DNA of 64,000 bases, taken from positions 1,466 through 65,465 of the IMG/VR virus record IMGVR_UViG_3300031277_000001, one strand, 5' to 3'. The position numbers and the translations under genes were made by a program. Below, one piece after another: positions 1-8,368 of the stretch (the stretch's first letter is position 1; each line of letters opens with the position of its first letter). The notes beneath the pieces are model-generated. The model was not told where the DNA came from, searched no databases, and was given only the letters and a program-made list of their open reading frames with translations. Origin of the DNA: a virus. Its lineage: Duplodnaviria; Caudoviricetes.

Positions 1-1184
1 GAGGGGAGGATCTCCGAGATCTCGTGCTGCGTGAAGTAAGCATCATGCTTGGGCCAATACTCCTGAGTCTCCCAACCTTTCCTCTTCAAGAGAATGGGAA
101 CAATCTGCTCACTTGCCCTCGCGATGATCTCTCCCAGATCTGACCAGTAGGGAACGTCATTCCCCTGCCTCTTGTCCATCAAAGCAAATCTCGCTAAGGG
201 ATTCTTCATGATTAATCCTGGCAATCTTCCTGGACCATCGGGAAGCCTGTTGAGGAATTGGTGAAACACTTTTCGTTCTTCTCTCCCTTTCAGGAGGGTA
301 TAATCGAGATGATGAAAGTACTCGTGAGTAAAGCTCTTGGTGAACTCCTTCCCCATCGTGATGGTCCTCGAGTACTCAGAGTAGTTGGCGGCCACTTCTC
401 CAAAACTGGTACGCGTTCCCACTCGCTGTCCTCCACGACCCCTCTTGGAGTACGTGATCTTGACCATCGACTTGTTCTTGAACCCCAGGAAGTCGAGTTG
501 GTGCAACTTGTAGAGGACAGGCACCCAGAGGTACTTGTTCTTCCACGTCAACTTGTCAGTGATCTTGGCCTTGAAGTGCTCATAAGCAAAGGACTTGTAC
601 TCCTCAACGGGGAGGTCCTTGAAGAACTGCAAGGAGGGCCTCTCAGGCAAGGGAGTGGAGGGCTTCTCCTCAATCTTGCGTTCCTCACTCTGGGTAGGGA
701 TGGGCTCACCCAGTATCTCCTTCGCGGACTCCGGCTCGGGCTCCTGGAGGAGGTGCTCGAGGAACTTGGCCTTGGCCTCCACCACGCTGTCAACCTTGAA
801 GAACTGCTGCTGGACCTTGGGGTAGAGGGAGCAGGGAGGGATCTGGACGTCGACGAACCCATTGGACGTCTTGATGGCCCACATCTTGTCCAGGGCCTCC
901 TGCCCCTTCGCTCCGAACTTCTCCACGAACTTCTTCTTGTTCTCCTGGAGGAGACGCGTAACGAACTCCTGGTTGGGATTCTCCTTGGGGTGCATGACAG
1001 GCCGCCCGGCCTTCCTGGCAGCCTCCTCGGCCTCCCTCACCTTCGCGGAGCCCGTCTTCCCCACGTACTTCCACGACGTGGGGGTGTCCTTGCGGAAGAC
1101 CTCGCCGTTCCCGTAGTAGCGGACGGTCCCGAGCGGGAGTCCGCGAGCCTTCACCAGTGGTACTCTAACGAGCAAGTGCTCCAT
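1..1184 (-). CDS. Zincin-type metallopeptidase-domain protein (LPD1/polyvalent-protein-like), 3' end runs off the window
   Basis: Manual translation from ATG 1184 is open to the window edge (MEHLLVRVPLVKARGLPLGTVRYY...SFTHEYFHHLDY...VPYWSDLGEIIARASEQ). HExxH plus a downstream E..AR motif. Missing from the ORF track because it has no stop in the window. Confidence 0.75.
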   Translation of the reverse strand, partial: MEHLLVRVPLVKARGLPLGTVRYYGNGEVFRKDTPTSWKYVGKTGSAKVREAEEAARKAGRPVMHPKENPNQEFVTRLLQENKKKFVEKFGAKGQEALDKMWAIKTSNGFVDVQIPPCSLYPKVQQQFFKVDSVVEAKAKFLEHLLQEPEPESAKEILGEPIPTQSEERKIEEKPSTPLPERPSLQFFKDLPVEEYKSFAYEHFKAKITDKLTWKNKYLWVPVLYKLHQLDFLGFKNKSMVKITYSKRGRGGQRVGTRTSFGEVAANYSEYSRTITMGKEFTKSFTHEYFHHLDYTLLKGREERKVFHQFLNRLPDGPGRLPGLIMKNPLARFALMDKRQGNDVPYWSDLGEIIARASEQIVPILLKRKGWETQEYWPKHDAYFTQHEISEILP

Positions 1185-1207
1185 GTCACGTCGTCCCTTC
1201 TCACTCA

Positions 1208-2971
1208 CTATTCTTGTGCCCAGTGCTTCTTGATCCAAGCCTGGTACTCAGGATTGTCAACCCCACCTTCTCTTGCCCACTTCTTCTTCAGGTCCTTGGG
1301 GAGGGGATTCTCCTTCATCTTCTTCAAGTCGATCCGGAACGTCTTCTTGGGATTATCTGCTTCATCATACTTCTTCTCAGGATGTGAATAAGGCTTCTCT
1401 AACTTGTCTACTATCTCCTGAGCCTTTCTTCGAGTCTCTGCGGGGAGCATCTCATCCTCTGCTATTCGACCATACTTGGCTATCTTCTTCTGAATCTTGG
1501 GAGGAATGTCATCCCACTCAACAACGCTTTTTACTTCTCCTCCTCCTTTCTTCTGAACCTTCTTTTCTTGTTTACGTACAATCAAATCTCCGTACTTGTT
1601 TTCTTGTACCTTGAAACCCAATTCCCTAATTTTTTTCTTGCCATAAGTAGGATCATCAAAAAAACGATCAATATCTATATAAACTTTCTTTCCCTTGTAA
1701 GATATCCTGTCCTTCGAATTATGGCCGGAATCCAACTTGATACCAAGTTCTTTTAAACCTTCTTCAATACCTCTGTCACCTTCCTCACTACTCATAACAA
1801 CTGGCTCATCTTTAAACGACTCTTTCTTCTCCTTTCGTGCAGTCAACTGCTTCAAGACCTGACTGGAAGCGGCTTCACTGTGTCGCCATCTATCATTCAA
1901 GATAGCGTTGTTCCCAATGAAGTCAGCAATAGCCTCATCAACATCTTTTTCAAACCTCTTTGCGTCGTAAATTACACGAGAGAGTTCTTCTCTTGCTTGT
2001 TCAATTGACATGAAACCTTTCTCTTGCTTCATGTCAAGATCTCTGGAAGCAGCACTGGGGGCTTCATGCTTCTTGGGGGCTGCATCTTCTCTGTCATATC
2101 TTGCAGCTCGATCAGCAGGGGACTCCTTGACAGGCTTGATCTGATCATGAGGAACATTATATCTAAGGACAGTCTTTCCATTCATCACCGTAGCCAGATC
2201 ATATCCACCCTTGTGGTGCGGAGAGACAACACGCCACTGATTACCGGCATATTCTACCAAGTCATTATGCTTGTATCCTTGCTGGCCTGGTTTATAGTAG
2301 TACTTGTAGTGTCCTCTCGTACCCTCGCGCTTGATGTACTTAGCCTTCCTGAGCACGCGCAGCACCAGCGAGACGGACTTCGTCATCTTGCCGGCCAGGG
2401 AGCCCAGGTGCTGGCTCCACGTCGCCAGAGACGCCCCCGACGACAGCTTCCAGCCCTTCTTGATGCCTTCGTCGAGCTTCTTCTTCAGGACGAGGACGTC
2501 CTGCTTCTTCATCTGACCATGCTGGGGGATGCTCGTCCTCAAGACCTTGGACACCCTGGCGATCCACCCGTAGTCCTTCGTGGTCAAGCCGTGGCCGGGG
2601 GTGTCCTCACCAGTCTTGGCTCCCTGCTCACCGCTGGGTGACGGGCCTGCCTTGAGCTTGCCAGAGGCGTCCTTGTACCAGTACGTGAAGTTCCCCGAGG
2701 TGCCCGTCCTCTTGACGTACTTGTGGGACGCCGTGGCGGTGGCAAGCGCCTTCTTCAACTTCTTGATTATCTTCTTGGGAACATCTCCTGGCTTGATCAA
2801 GATGACAGCTTTCATGAGCGTCCAACCCTTCTCCGTCTTGATGTACTTCTTCCCGTCCTTCTCCATGACGGAGCCCACGGGATTCTTGACCGCACGGGCC
2901 TTCTTGGGCTTCTTCTCCGGGAGAGCCTTGCCCTCCGCGTCCGTAGCCTTCACCAACTTGATCCTCACCAT
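1208..2971 (-). CDS. Lys-rich modular protein, probably virion/head-associated
   Basis: 587 aa ORF with SD (gagagga); two KYxKRxGxxGxY/FxYxY modules; lies downstream of the portal. Confidence 0.75.
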   Translation of the reverse strand: MVRIKLVKATDAEGKALPEKKPKKARAVKNPVGSVMEKDGKKYIKTEKGWTLMKAVILIKPGDVPKKIIKKLKKALATATASHKYVKRTGTSGNFTYWYKDASGKLKAGPSPSGEQGAKTGEDTPGHGLTTKDYGWIARVSKVLRTSIPQHGQMKKQDVLVLKKKLDEGIKKGWKLSSGASLATWSQHLGSLAGKMTKSVSLVLRVLRKAKYIKREGTRGHYKYYYKPGQQGYKHNDLVEYAGNQWRVVSPHHKGGYDLATVMNGKTVLRYNVPHDQIKPVKESPADRAARYDREDAAPKKHEAPSAASRDLDMKQEKGFMSIEQAREELSRVIYDAKRFEKDVDEAIADFIGNNAILNDRWRHSEAASSQVLKQLTARKEKKESFKDEPVVMSSEEGDRGIEEGLKELGIKLDSGHNSKDRISYKGKKVYIDIDRFFDDPTYGKKKIRELGFKVQENKYGDLIVRKQEKKVQKKGGGEVKSVVEWDDIPPKIQKKIAKYGRIAEDEMLPAETRRKAQEIVDKLEKPYSHPEKKYDEADNPKKTFRIDLKKMKENPLPKDLKKKWAREGGVDNPEYQAWIKKHWAQE

Positions 2972-2972
2972 T

Positions 2973-3158
2973 TCATCCTCTCCTCTCGTGTCCCCACAGC
3001 TCGGGGAACATCATCGCAGCCTCATCAAACTCTGCTTGGGTCACCACTCGGGACAACAAGTACTTGAGCATCGCTGCCATCGCGTTCTCCAGAGAGGTGT
3101 GCTTGCTGGCGTCCCACTTGTCTTCAAGAACCACGTGCAGACCGTTCGCAGTCAGCAT
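2973..3158 (-). CDS. Hypothetical protein (61 aa)
   Basis: ATG 3158 with aggaag SD, overlapping the kinase stop; 3' part of track ORF 2973..3446. Confidence 0.55.
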   Translation of the reverse strand: MLTANGLHVVLEDKWDASKHTSLENAMAAMLKYLLSRVVTQAEFDEAAMMFPELWGHERRG

Positions 3159-3985
3159 ACTTCCTCCTCTTCTTGTGAACCCTTCATGAACCCCTTCCCG
3201 GCATCCCTGTACACGGGGAGACCTCCATACCTCTTCAGATAGTCCAAGCGACGAAGGAAGATGATCCTCCCCGCCTTGGCCACCCCGAACCTCACGAGCT
3301 CGTCGTGACAAGCCTGTATGGTCTCCGGCGTGATCTCCTGGATTGCATCTTCTGGTATCTCGAGATCCCCATGCTCGGACAACATCTGGTGCGGCCTGCT
3401 CCGGTATCCCCGGAACACTCCGTACTCCGTCGCGTCGGGGAAGCACAACCCGTTGTCGATGGCCCAGAACTTCCTACCCGTCACCAACCAGTTGCTGGCG
3501 TGGCGGTCCGTGTTGCAGCACAACCAGTCGAGGAGGGCGAGCCTCTGCCACTCCTCTACCCTGACGTCCTCGTAAGTGAGTCCAGAGGCCTTCCAGGTGG
3601 GCGCGGAGGGAATGAATACCTGCGCGGATCCCACATCGTCGTCCACCTTGCGGATCACCGTGGGAGGAACGACGTAGAGACCCAGCAGGGACGAGACCAG
3701 GTACACCAGTCTCTCCCGCTTCCACTCCGTCCCGGGGAGCACGTTGTTGCCCCTCATCTTCTTCACTCTAGTGTGAGGTCTCACCTTCCACACGGCCTCC
3801 ACGAAGCTCCCCGGAGCGGACGAGAAGACCAGCTTTCGCGCCCTGCCGGACTTGCTCCCCACAAGGGGGACGGGTGGTCCCTCAAACTCTCCGAGGAGGA
3901 AGTCCTCCCAGGGGTGGGAGTACACTTCTTCCTGTGTCGTGATGAGATCTGCTGCCATGTCCTTCCTGACCATCAACTTGTTCAC
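3152..3985 (-). CDS. PI3/PI4-kinase-like (HipA-related) atypical kinase
   Basis: RERLVYLVS..LGL..VPPT, GSAQVF, catalytic loop LDWLCCNTDRHASN and AIDNGLCF motifs. Confidence 0.85.
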   Translation of the reverse strand: MNKLMVRKDMAADLITTQEEVYSHPWEDFLLGEFEGPPVPLVGSKSGRARKLVFSSAPGSFVEAVWKVRPHTRVKKMRGNNVLPGTEWKRERLVYLVSSLLGLYVVPPTVIRKVDDDVGSAQVFIPSAPTWKASGLTYEDVRVEEWQRLALLDWLCCNTDRHASNWLVTGRKFWAIDNGLCFPDATEYGVFRGYRSRPHQMLSEHGDLEIPEDAIQEITPETIQACHDELVRFGVAKAGRIIFLRRLDYLKRYGGLPVYRDAGKGFMKGSQEEEEVC

Positions 3986-4072
3986 CTACCTAGACCTCCG
4001 TGAAAGAAAGAAATCAACAACGAGAACAACGGCTACTATGACGAGTATGAAGAGATCAACACCATAAGGCAT
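3986..4072 (-). CDS. Small single-TM peptide (28 aa)
   Basis: MPYGVDLFILVIVAVVLVVDFFLSRRSR fills the gap between neighbouring genes. Confidence 0.4.
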   Translation of the reverse strand: MPYGVDLFILVIVAVVLVVDFFLSRRSR

Positions 4073-4075
4073 CTA

Positions 4076-5170
4076 CTACTTCTTCTCTTTGAGGACTCCC
4101 TTGCCCTTCTCCGTGACCACCACCGAGGTCCCTCCACCAACGTCTCGCTCGGAGACGAACTTGATGAGACCTGCGTCGGCCATGTCGTCAAACATCTTGG
4201 AGTCCTTCTCGGGGATGTCCGCGGCGTCATCAAGGCTCTCCACGGAGGCCAGGGCAGACTTCACCTTCGCGTTGTCGTAGCCCTTGAGGACAGGACTGGA
4301 CGACTCTTTCTTGTCAGGAGATCCCGCCTCTTTCACGAAGTACGTCACGTAAGGAGTTATCCCCTTGCCAGGGACAGTCCTCACCCCAGCCTCTTTGTAC
4401 ACCTTGACAGTCTTGCCCTCGGCGCGTAGTTTCTTGGCTTCGGCGAGGGCGGCGGCCTTGGACCCCACCTTGGGCTCACCAGTACTCTGAGACCCACCAC
4501 CTTGACCACTCCCGTACTCGTACTTGTAGTGCCTCGGACTTCCTGTCCGCTTCGTGTACTTAGCCTTCGCAAAGATCCTCTGGAACAGCGACGGCTTGGC
4601 GGTCCTGACCGACTTGTTGATGGGTGGAGGAATGGCCGCTTCCACCAAGGAGCGGATCACCTGCTGCAAGGGGTCGATCTTCCGCTCGTCCATGTGGTTG
4701 ACCATCTTGAGCTGCTCCATCTTCTTCAGGACCAGCGTCTTCTCGTCTCCCTCGACTAGGTTCTCCTCCAGGACAGCCTTCAACTGGTCGATCTTGACTG
4801 CGATCTCCGCGTCCGTCAAGGCGAGCCTGAGGTCCATGATGATCCCCAGGGCTCTGTTGATGGCCCAGCAGTTCAACCGCTTGGGACTCTCGGACACAGC
4901 CTCCGGACCAGGATACGACTTCTGGAGCTCCGCTGACACCTCGCTGGGCTTCATCGCCTTCTTGTAGCCTATCCCGGCCTCACTGGCCGCTATGGCGATG
5001 GCCTGGTTCCTCTTGGTCACCACAGGACCCTTCTTAGATCCCGAGTGGAGCTCACCATGCTTGTACTCGTGCATGACCTTCCCGAACTTGTCGTCCTTCT
5101 TGGACTTCTTCTTTTTCTTCTTCCCCGACCCCTCTTCCTTCATGGATTTCGACAACAATGCTATGATCAT
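4076..5170 (-). CDS. Lys-rich protein with N-terminal DUF6496-like motif
   Basis: KFGKVMHEYKHGELHSGSKKGPVVTKRNQAIAIAASEAG resembles DUF6496; also carries KAKYTKRTGSPRHYKYEY. Confidence 0.7.
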   Translation of the reverse strand: MIIALLSKSMKEEGSGKKKKKKSKKDDKFGKVMHEYKHGELHSGSKKGPVVTKRNQAIAIAASEAGIGYKKAMKPSEVSAELQKSYPGPEAVSESPKRLNCWAINRALGIIMDLRLALTDAEIAVKIDQLKAVLEENLVEGDEKTLVLKKMEQLKMVNHMDERKIDPLQQVIRSLVEAAIPPPINKSVRTAKPSLFQRIFAKAKYTKRTGSPRHYKYEYGSGQGGGSQSTGEPKVGSKAAALAEAKKLRAEGKTVKVYKEAGVRTVPGKGITPYVTYFVKEAGSPDKKESSSPVLKGYDNAKVKSALASVESLDDAADIPEKDSKMFDDMADAGLIKFVSERDVGGGTSVVVTEKGKGVLKEKK

Positions 5171-5382
5171 GACGTCCTCCTTTTTAGTCTGTCACGCAGA
5201 GTCAGACGGACCTTCACGGCCACGTCCACCTCTGACCTCTTGATTGGCTTGCCCAAGAAGTTGTTCTTAAAGGCAAACCAGAGAACCCACCAGAACCTCA
5301 TCCTAGGCAGTTTCTCCAGCGTGCCTCCCTCGTTCGTCCGGAGATAGCAGGCATCTCCCATGACCTTGAAGTCACCTATCAT
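5167..5382 (-). CDS. Hypothetical protein
   Basis: 71 aa ORF, ATGA overlap with the next gene, ggggag SD. Confidence 0.5.
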   Translation of the reverse strand: MIGDFKVMGDACYLRTNEGGTLEKLPRMRFWWVLWFAFKNNFLGKPIKRSEVDVAVKVRLTLRDRLKRRTS

Positions 5383-5514
5383 CGTCTCCCCCCTTGCCCG
5401 TCAGGGCTCTCCTAAACAGGTCCAACATCTCGGGGCTACCATGCATCTTGCCATCATTACCCTTGCGCCCTTTGGGTGGGATGTATATCCCTGTGCTCCT
5501 CCCCTGCTCTTCAC

Positions 5515-5760
5515 TCACTGACACCACCTCCTCCAGAAGCGCTCCAGCCGCTCTTCCTCTCTCCTCCGCTGCCGGTATGCATACTGCTCCAGGGAGATCC
5601 TCTTCTTCGGCCGGGATCTGAGGAAGAAGAACTCAATGAGTCCCTCAACAATTACCCACCTCATCTTCTTCTTCCTCTCCGGCAGGGAGTATATAGATTT
5701 GATGATTGTCTCATCATAATCGTAGGATTCCAATAGTTCATAAGCCTCCCGATCCGTCAT
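5515..5760 (-). CDS. Hypothetical protein (81 aa)
   Basis: MTDREAYELLESY... start overlaps the upstream stop (TGATG). Confidence 0.55.
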   Translation of the reverse strand: MTDREAYELLESYDYDETIIKSIYSLPERKKKMRWVIVEGLIEFFFLRSRPKKRISLEQYAYRQRRREEERLERFWRRWCQ

Positions 5761-5909
5761 CACCTTCCTCCCGTCTTGGTATTCACGTACACCGCCAGGT
5801 TGACCACGGACGGAGGCAGCACGATCTTCTTCGCACACTTCGTGCACACCAGCACGCAGTCCACGATCGCCCAGGCGTTGCTCCCACACGAGCACTTCGC
5901 CTGTGTCAT
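5760..5909 (-). CDS. Small zinc-ribbon protein (49 aa)
   Basis: Manual translation MTQAKCSCGSNAWAIVDCVLVCTKCAKKIVLPP...; CxC/CxxC; overlaps both neighbours. Confidence 0.5.
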   Translation of the reverse strand: MTQAKCSCGSNAWAIVDCVLVCTKCAKKIVLPPSVVNLAVYVNTKTGGR

Positions 5910-6448
5910 TCACCCACCTTCTCCCCGAGATCCTGGGAGTTGTGGAAGTCCTCCCGGGCCTCCTCACTCTTGGACGCCTTCGTTGAGCCATCAACGAGCC
6001 CAACTGAGCAGTCACAGGAGTGCACCCACGGTGCATGACTCTTTCCGCATCTCGTGCACACCCAACCCTTACTGACATCACTCATGGTGTTCCTCCTTCT
6101 TCCTTCTATGTACTCGTACAACTTCACCGTCGCGATCGTCTTGTTCTCGGACCGGCAGCCCCAGTGGAACGCCTGCTCCATGGCACTGAACATGTCGTCC
6201 GTGGTGAAACTCGCGTCCCTCCGCAGCTCCATCACGGGACCCGAGGACTTCATGAACTCCTGGTACCTCTTCTGGTCAGACTCCGCATCGAGTGCATAGT
6301 ACTTCCGAGCCCAAGAGGCACCCGGCATGAGTACACTGACGACGGCACAGTTCCTACTATTGAGCTCCGGATCAATGAAGACCAGAGAGGAGTCTCCTCC
6401 CCGGATGGCCCGACCAAACAATTCCTTCAAAGGCGCTATGATGATCAT
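5906..6448 (-). CDS. Hypothetical protein with C-terminal zinc-finger-like segment
   Basis: Start MIIIAP at 6448 (ATGA overlap); C-terminal GWVCTRCGKSHAPWVHSCDC. Confidence 0.55.
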   Translation of the reverse strand: MIIIAPLKELFGRAIRGGDSSLVFIDPELNSRNCAVVSVLMPGASWARKYYALDAESDQKRYQEFMKSSGPVMELRRDASFTTDDMFSAMEQAFHWGCRSENKTIATVKLYEYIEGRRRNTMSDVSKGWVCTRCGKSHAPWVHSCDCSVGLVDGSTKASKSEEAREDFHNSQDLGEKVGE

Positions 6449-6882
6449 GACGGCTCCCCCTTCTCCTGCTTCTCCATCTCCATGAGGAACATCGCGTTGC
6501 AGATCACCTGGGCGAGGTGGAGGCACTCCGGCATCTCGGGGTCCCTCAACTCTCCCCCGCGCCAGGCCTCGAAGTGTCGCATGAGTGCCGAGGTGTACCT
6601 GTCCTTGGCGTTAGGCACCAGCTTCCAGTTGTTGTCGGCGTACTTCCGAGCCCCGATGGTGAGCACCCTGGCCACCTCCCGCAGGACGTCGACCGGCACC
6701 AGGGAGTAACGGACCTTGCCATCGTCGTACTTCGCTCCCTCACTACGTACCTCAGAGTCAGTACTCCTCATCGCCTCCTGCACATTCCCAAGTGCCTCCG
6801 TGGACTTCCTATCAGACTCCACAGCCTTCTGGAAAAACTCCTTGCAGATGTGCTCCGTGGACTTCCTACTCATCGCCTGCAC
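6445..6882 (-). CDS. dATP/dGTP diphosphohydrolase (DUF5664 family)
   Basis: GAKYDDGKVRYSLVP..L.EVARVLT.GARKY..NNW...Y..ALMRH..AW..GE..DPE...HLA...CNAMFL signature. Confidence 0.85.
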   Translation of the reverse strand: MQAMSRKSTEHICKEFFQKAVESDRKSTEALGNVQEAMRSTDSEVRSEGAKYDDGKVRYSLVPVDVLREVARVLTIGARKYADNNWKLVPNAKDRYTSALMRHFEAWRGGELRDPEMPECLHLAQVICNAMFLMEMEKQEKGEPS

Positions 6883-7114
6883 TGCCTACGTGAGACTCCA
6901 CCGGAGTAATCACCTGGAGGAGTGTACGGGAGTCAATTACCATGACCTTGTTCTTGGGAAACGTACGTATCAAACTCTCCCTGAGAGTTACTACGAACTT
7001 GGTGGAGTTCATCATGAGATCATTCACAGACACCACAATGACGTCATCCGGCTTCAGTTCCAGGACCTTGATACTCTCCAAATCTATGACGGCATCACCA
7101 TCTACTAATTTCAT
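6866..7114 (-). CDS. Hypothetical protein
   Basis: 82 aa ORF with ggagga SD. Confidence 0.6.
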   Translation of the reverse strand: MKLVDGDAVIDLESIKVLELKPDDVIVVSVNDLMMNSTKFVVTLRESLIRTFPKNKVMVIDSRTLLQVITPVESHVGSAGDE

Positions 7115-7133
7115 CTCTTGTCCTCCACCAACT

Positions 7134-7460
7134 TCATACTTCCTCCTCTGGTGTCACGTCTCTCACAACAGGATCAGTATTCCTGGGAAGCATTTCCCCC
7201 ACGATACTGACACCGCCCCCGAGATCAATCTCTACTTTACCACCCCTGAGATCCTTGATCCTCGACACGGAGCCACGTAGGGAGATCACCTTCCACTCCT
7301 TGTCGTCCGGCTTCCTGCCGCCGTCACCCGTATTGGCGGATTCCACGTGCACCAGGACTGCCCCGCAGATCGTGCAGTCCCCCGCCAGGTAGTGCTCTGT
7401 GACCTTCCCGCAGCGCTCGCAGTACTTGTACTCCACGGCTCGAACCATGTTCACACTCAC
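7134..7460 (-). CDS. Zinc-ribbon hypothetical protein
   Basis: YCERCGKVTEH...CTICG. Confidence 0.6.
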   Translation of the reverse strand: MSVNMVRAVEYKYCERCGKVTEHYLAGDCTICGAVLVHVESANTGDGGRKPDDKEWKVISLRGSVSRIKDLRGGKVEIDLGGGVSIVGEMLPRNTDPVVRDVTPEEEV

Positions 7461-8164
7461 AACGACATCACCTCCCGGGACTCCTCGTACTCCCGCTGCT
7501 CCTTGCTGTCAGACCACTCGATCAGGTACTCCACGAGCTCCCGCGTCCTCACGTGCAAGCACATCCTGTGACAGTTCACAGCGTACCACCTCCGCGTCGC
7601 CTGGTAGTGGTCGTCCCCGTGCAGGTAGGTCCCCTGAGCCTTCCCGGCCGCCACCCAGTCCGCCACCATCTCCTTGACGCACTCGACAGGCATCTCGAGC
7701 ACCTTGATGCCTCCGAGGTCCACGGGGAGAGTCCAGTACTGCCAGTGGTGGGCGTTCCTCTTCTGGTGGAGGAACCAGGCGTGGTCGAACGCAGGGTCAC
7801 CGGTGTCCGTCGGCTTGTAGTACCCTATGCCCTTCTTCCTCTCCGCAGCCGCTACATCACGGAACCTACCGTGGAAGTGGTTGGCGTAGGGGAAGAACTC
7901 CGACGGCCTGAACTTCGACAAGTCGTGGACGACGCCCCGCCAGGGCATCCCCATCCTCGCGCACTCCAGGAACACGAACCACTTGTGCTTGATCACGTAC
8001 TTGAGGTACGTCCGCCAGACGATGAGGAGCAGGAGCCAGTGACGAAGCCTCGCGCCTGCTGCATGGGGCTGGCGCTGCATCGCCGACTCACCGCCCTGCT
8101 TGGAAAACTTCTTGGACTTTTCCACGCTCTTCTCTTGCACTTCTCGTACCTCCTCTCGATTCAT
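7457..8164 (-). CDS. DUF5662-family HD-like protein
   Basis: KHKWFV...HDLSKF.PSEF..Y...AW..HQKRN.HHWQYW...EMP...EM.ADW. Confidence 0.8.
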   Translation of the reverse strand: MNREEVREVQEKSVEKSKKFSKQGGESAMQRQPHAAGARLRHWLLLLIVWRTYLKYVIKHKWFVFLECARMGMPWRGVVHDLSKFRPSEFFPYANHFHGRFRDVAAAERKKGIGYYKPTDTGDPAFDHAWFLHQKRNAHHWQYWTLPVDLGGIKVLEMPVECVKEMVADWVAAGKAQGTYLHGDDHYQATRRWYAVNCHRMCLHVRTRELVEYLIEWSDSKEQREYEESREVMSL

Positions 8165-8167
8165 CGC

Positions 8168-8368
8168 TCACATCTCCGCGGGTGGCCCGGGGAGTCCCGC
8201 GTTCTTCACGGCTTCCACTACCTCTTCTACACCATCCCAGGCCTTTAGTACCGCCTTCGACTTCATGTGTATGTACGTCGTTCCGCTCTCTCTACAGATG
8301 TAATCTATGTTGAACACGTTCACCCACACATACTTGTCGAATCCAGTCCTGATCTTCACTAACTTCAC
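8168..8368 (-). CDS. Hypothetical protein
   Basis: 66 aa ORF, GTGA overlap with the portal stop. Confidence 0.55.
   Translation of the reverse strand: MKLVKIRTGFDKYVWVNVFNIDYICRESGTTYIHMKSKAVLKAWDGVEEVVEAVKNAGLPGPPAEM

Noticed and set aside
258-1391. Long plus-strand ORF (377 aa) and similar plus-strand ORFs such as 54328..55461, 55458..56813 and 60286..61086
   Set aside because: Antisense shadows of minus-strand genes: Leu/Val/Arg-rich, with no SD and no recognisable motifs
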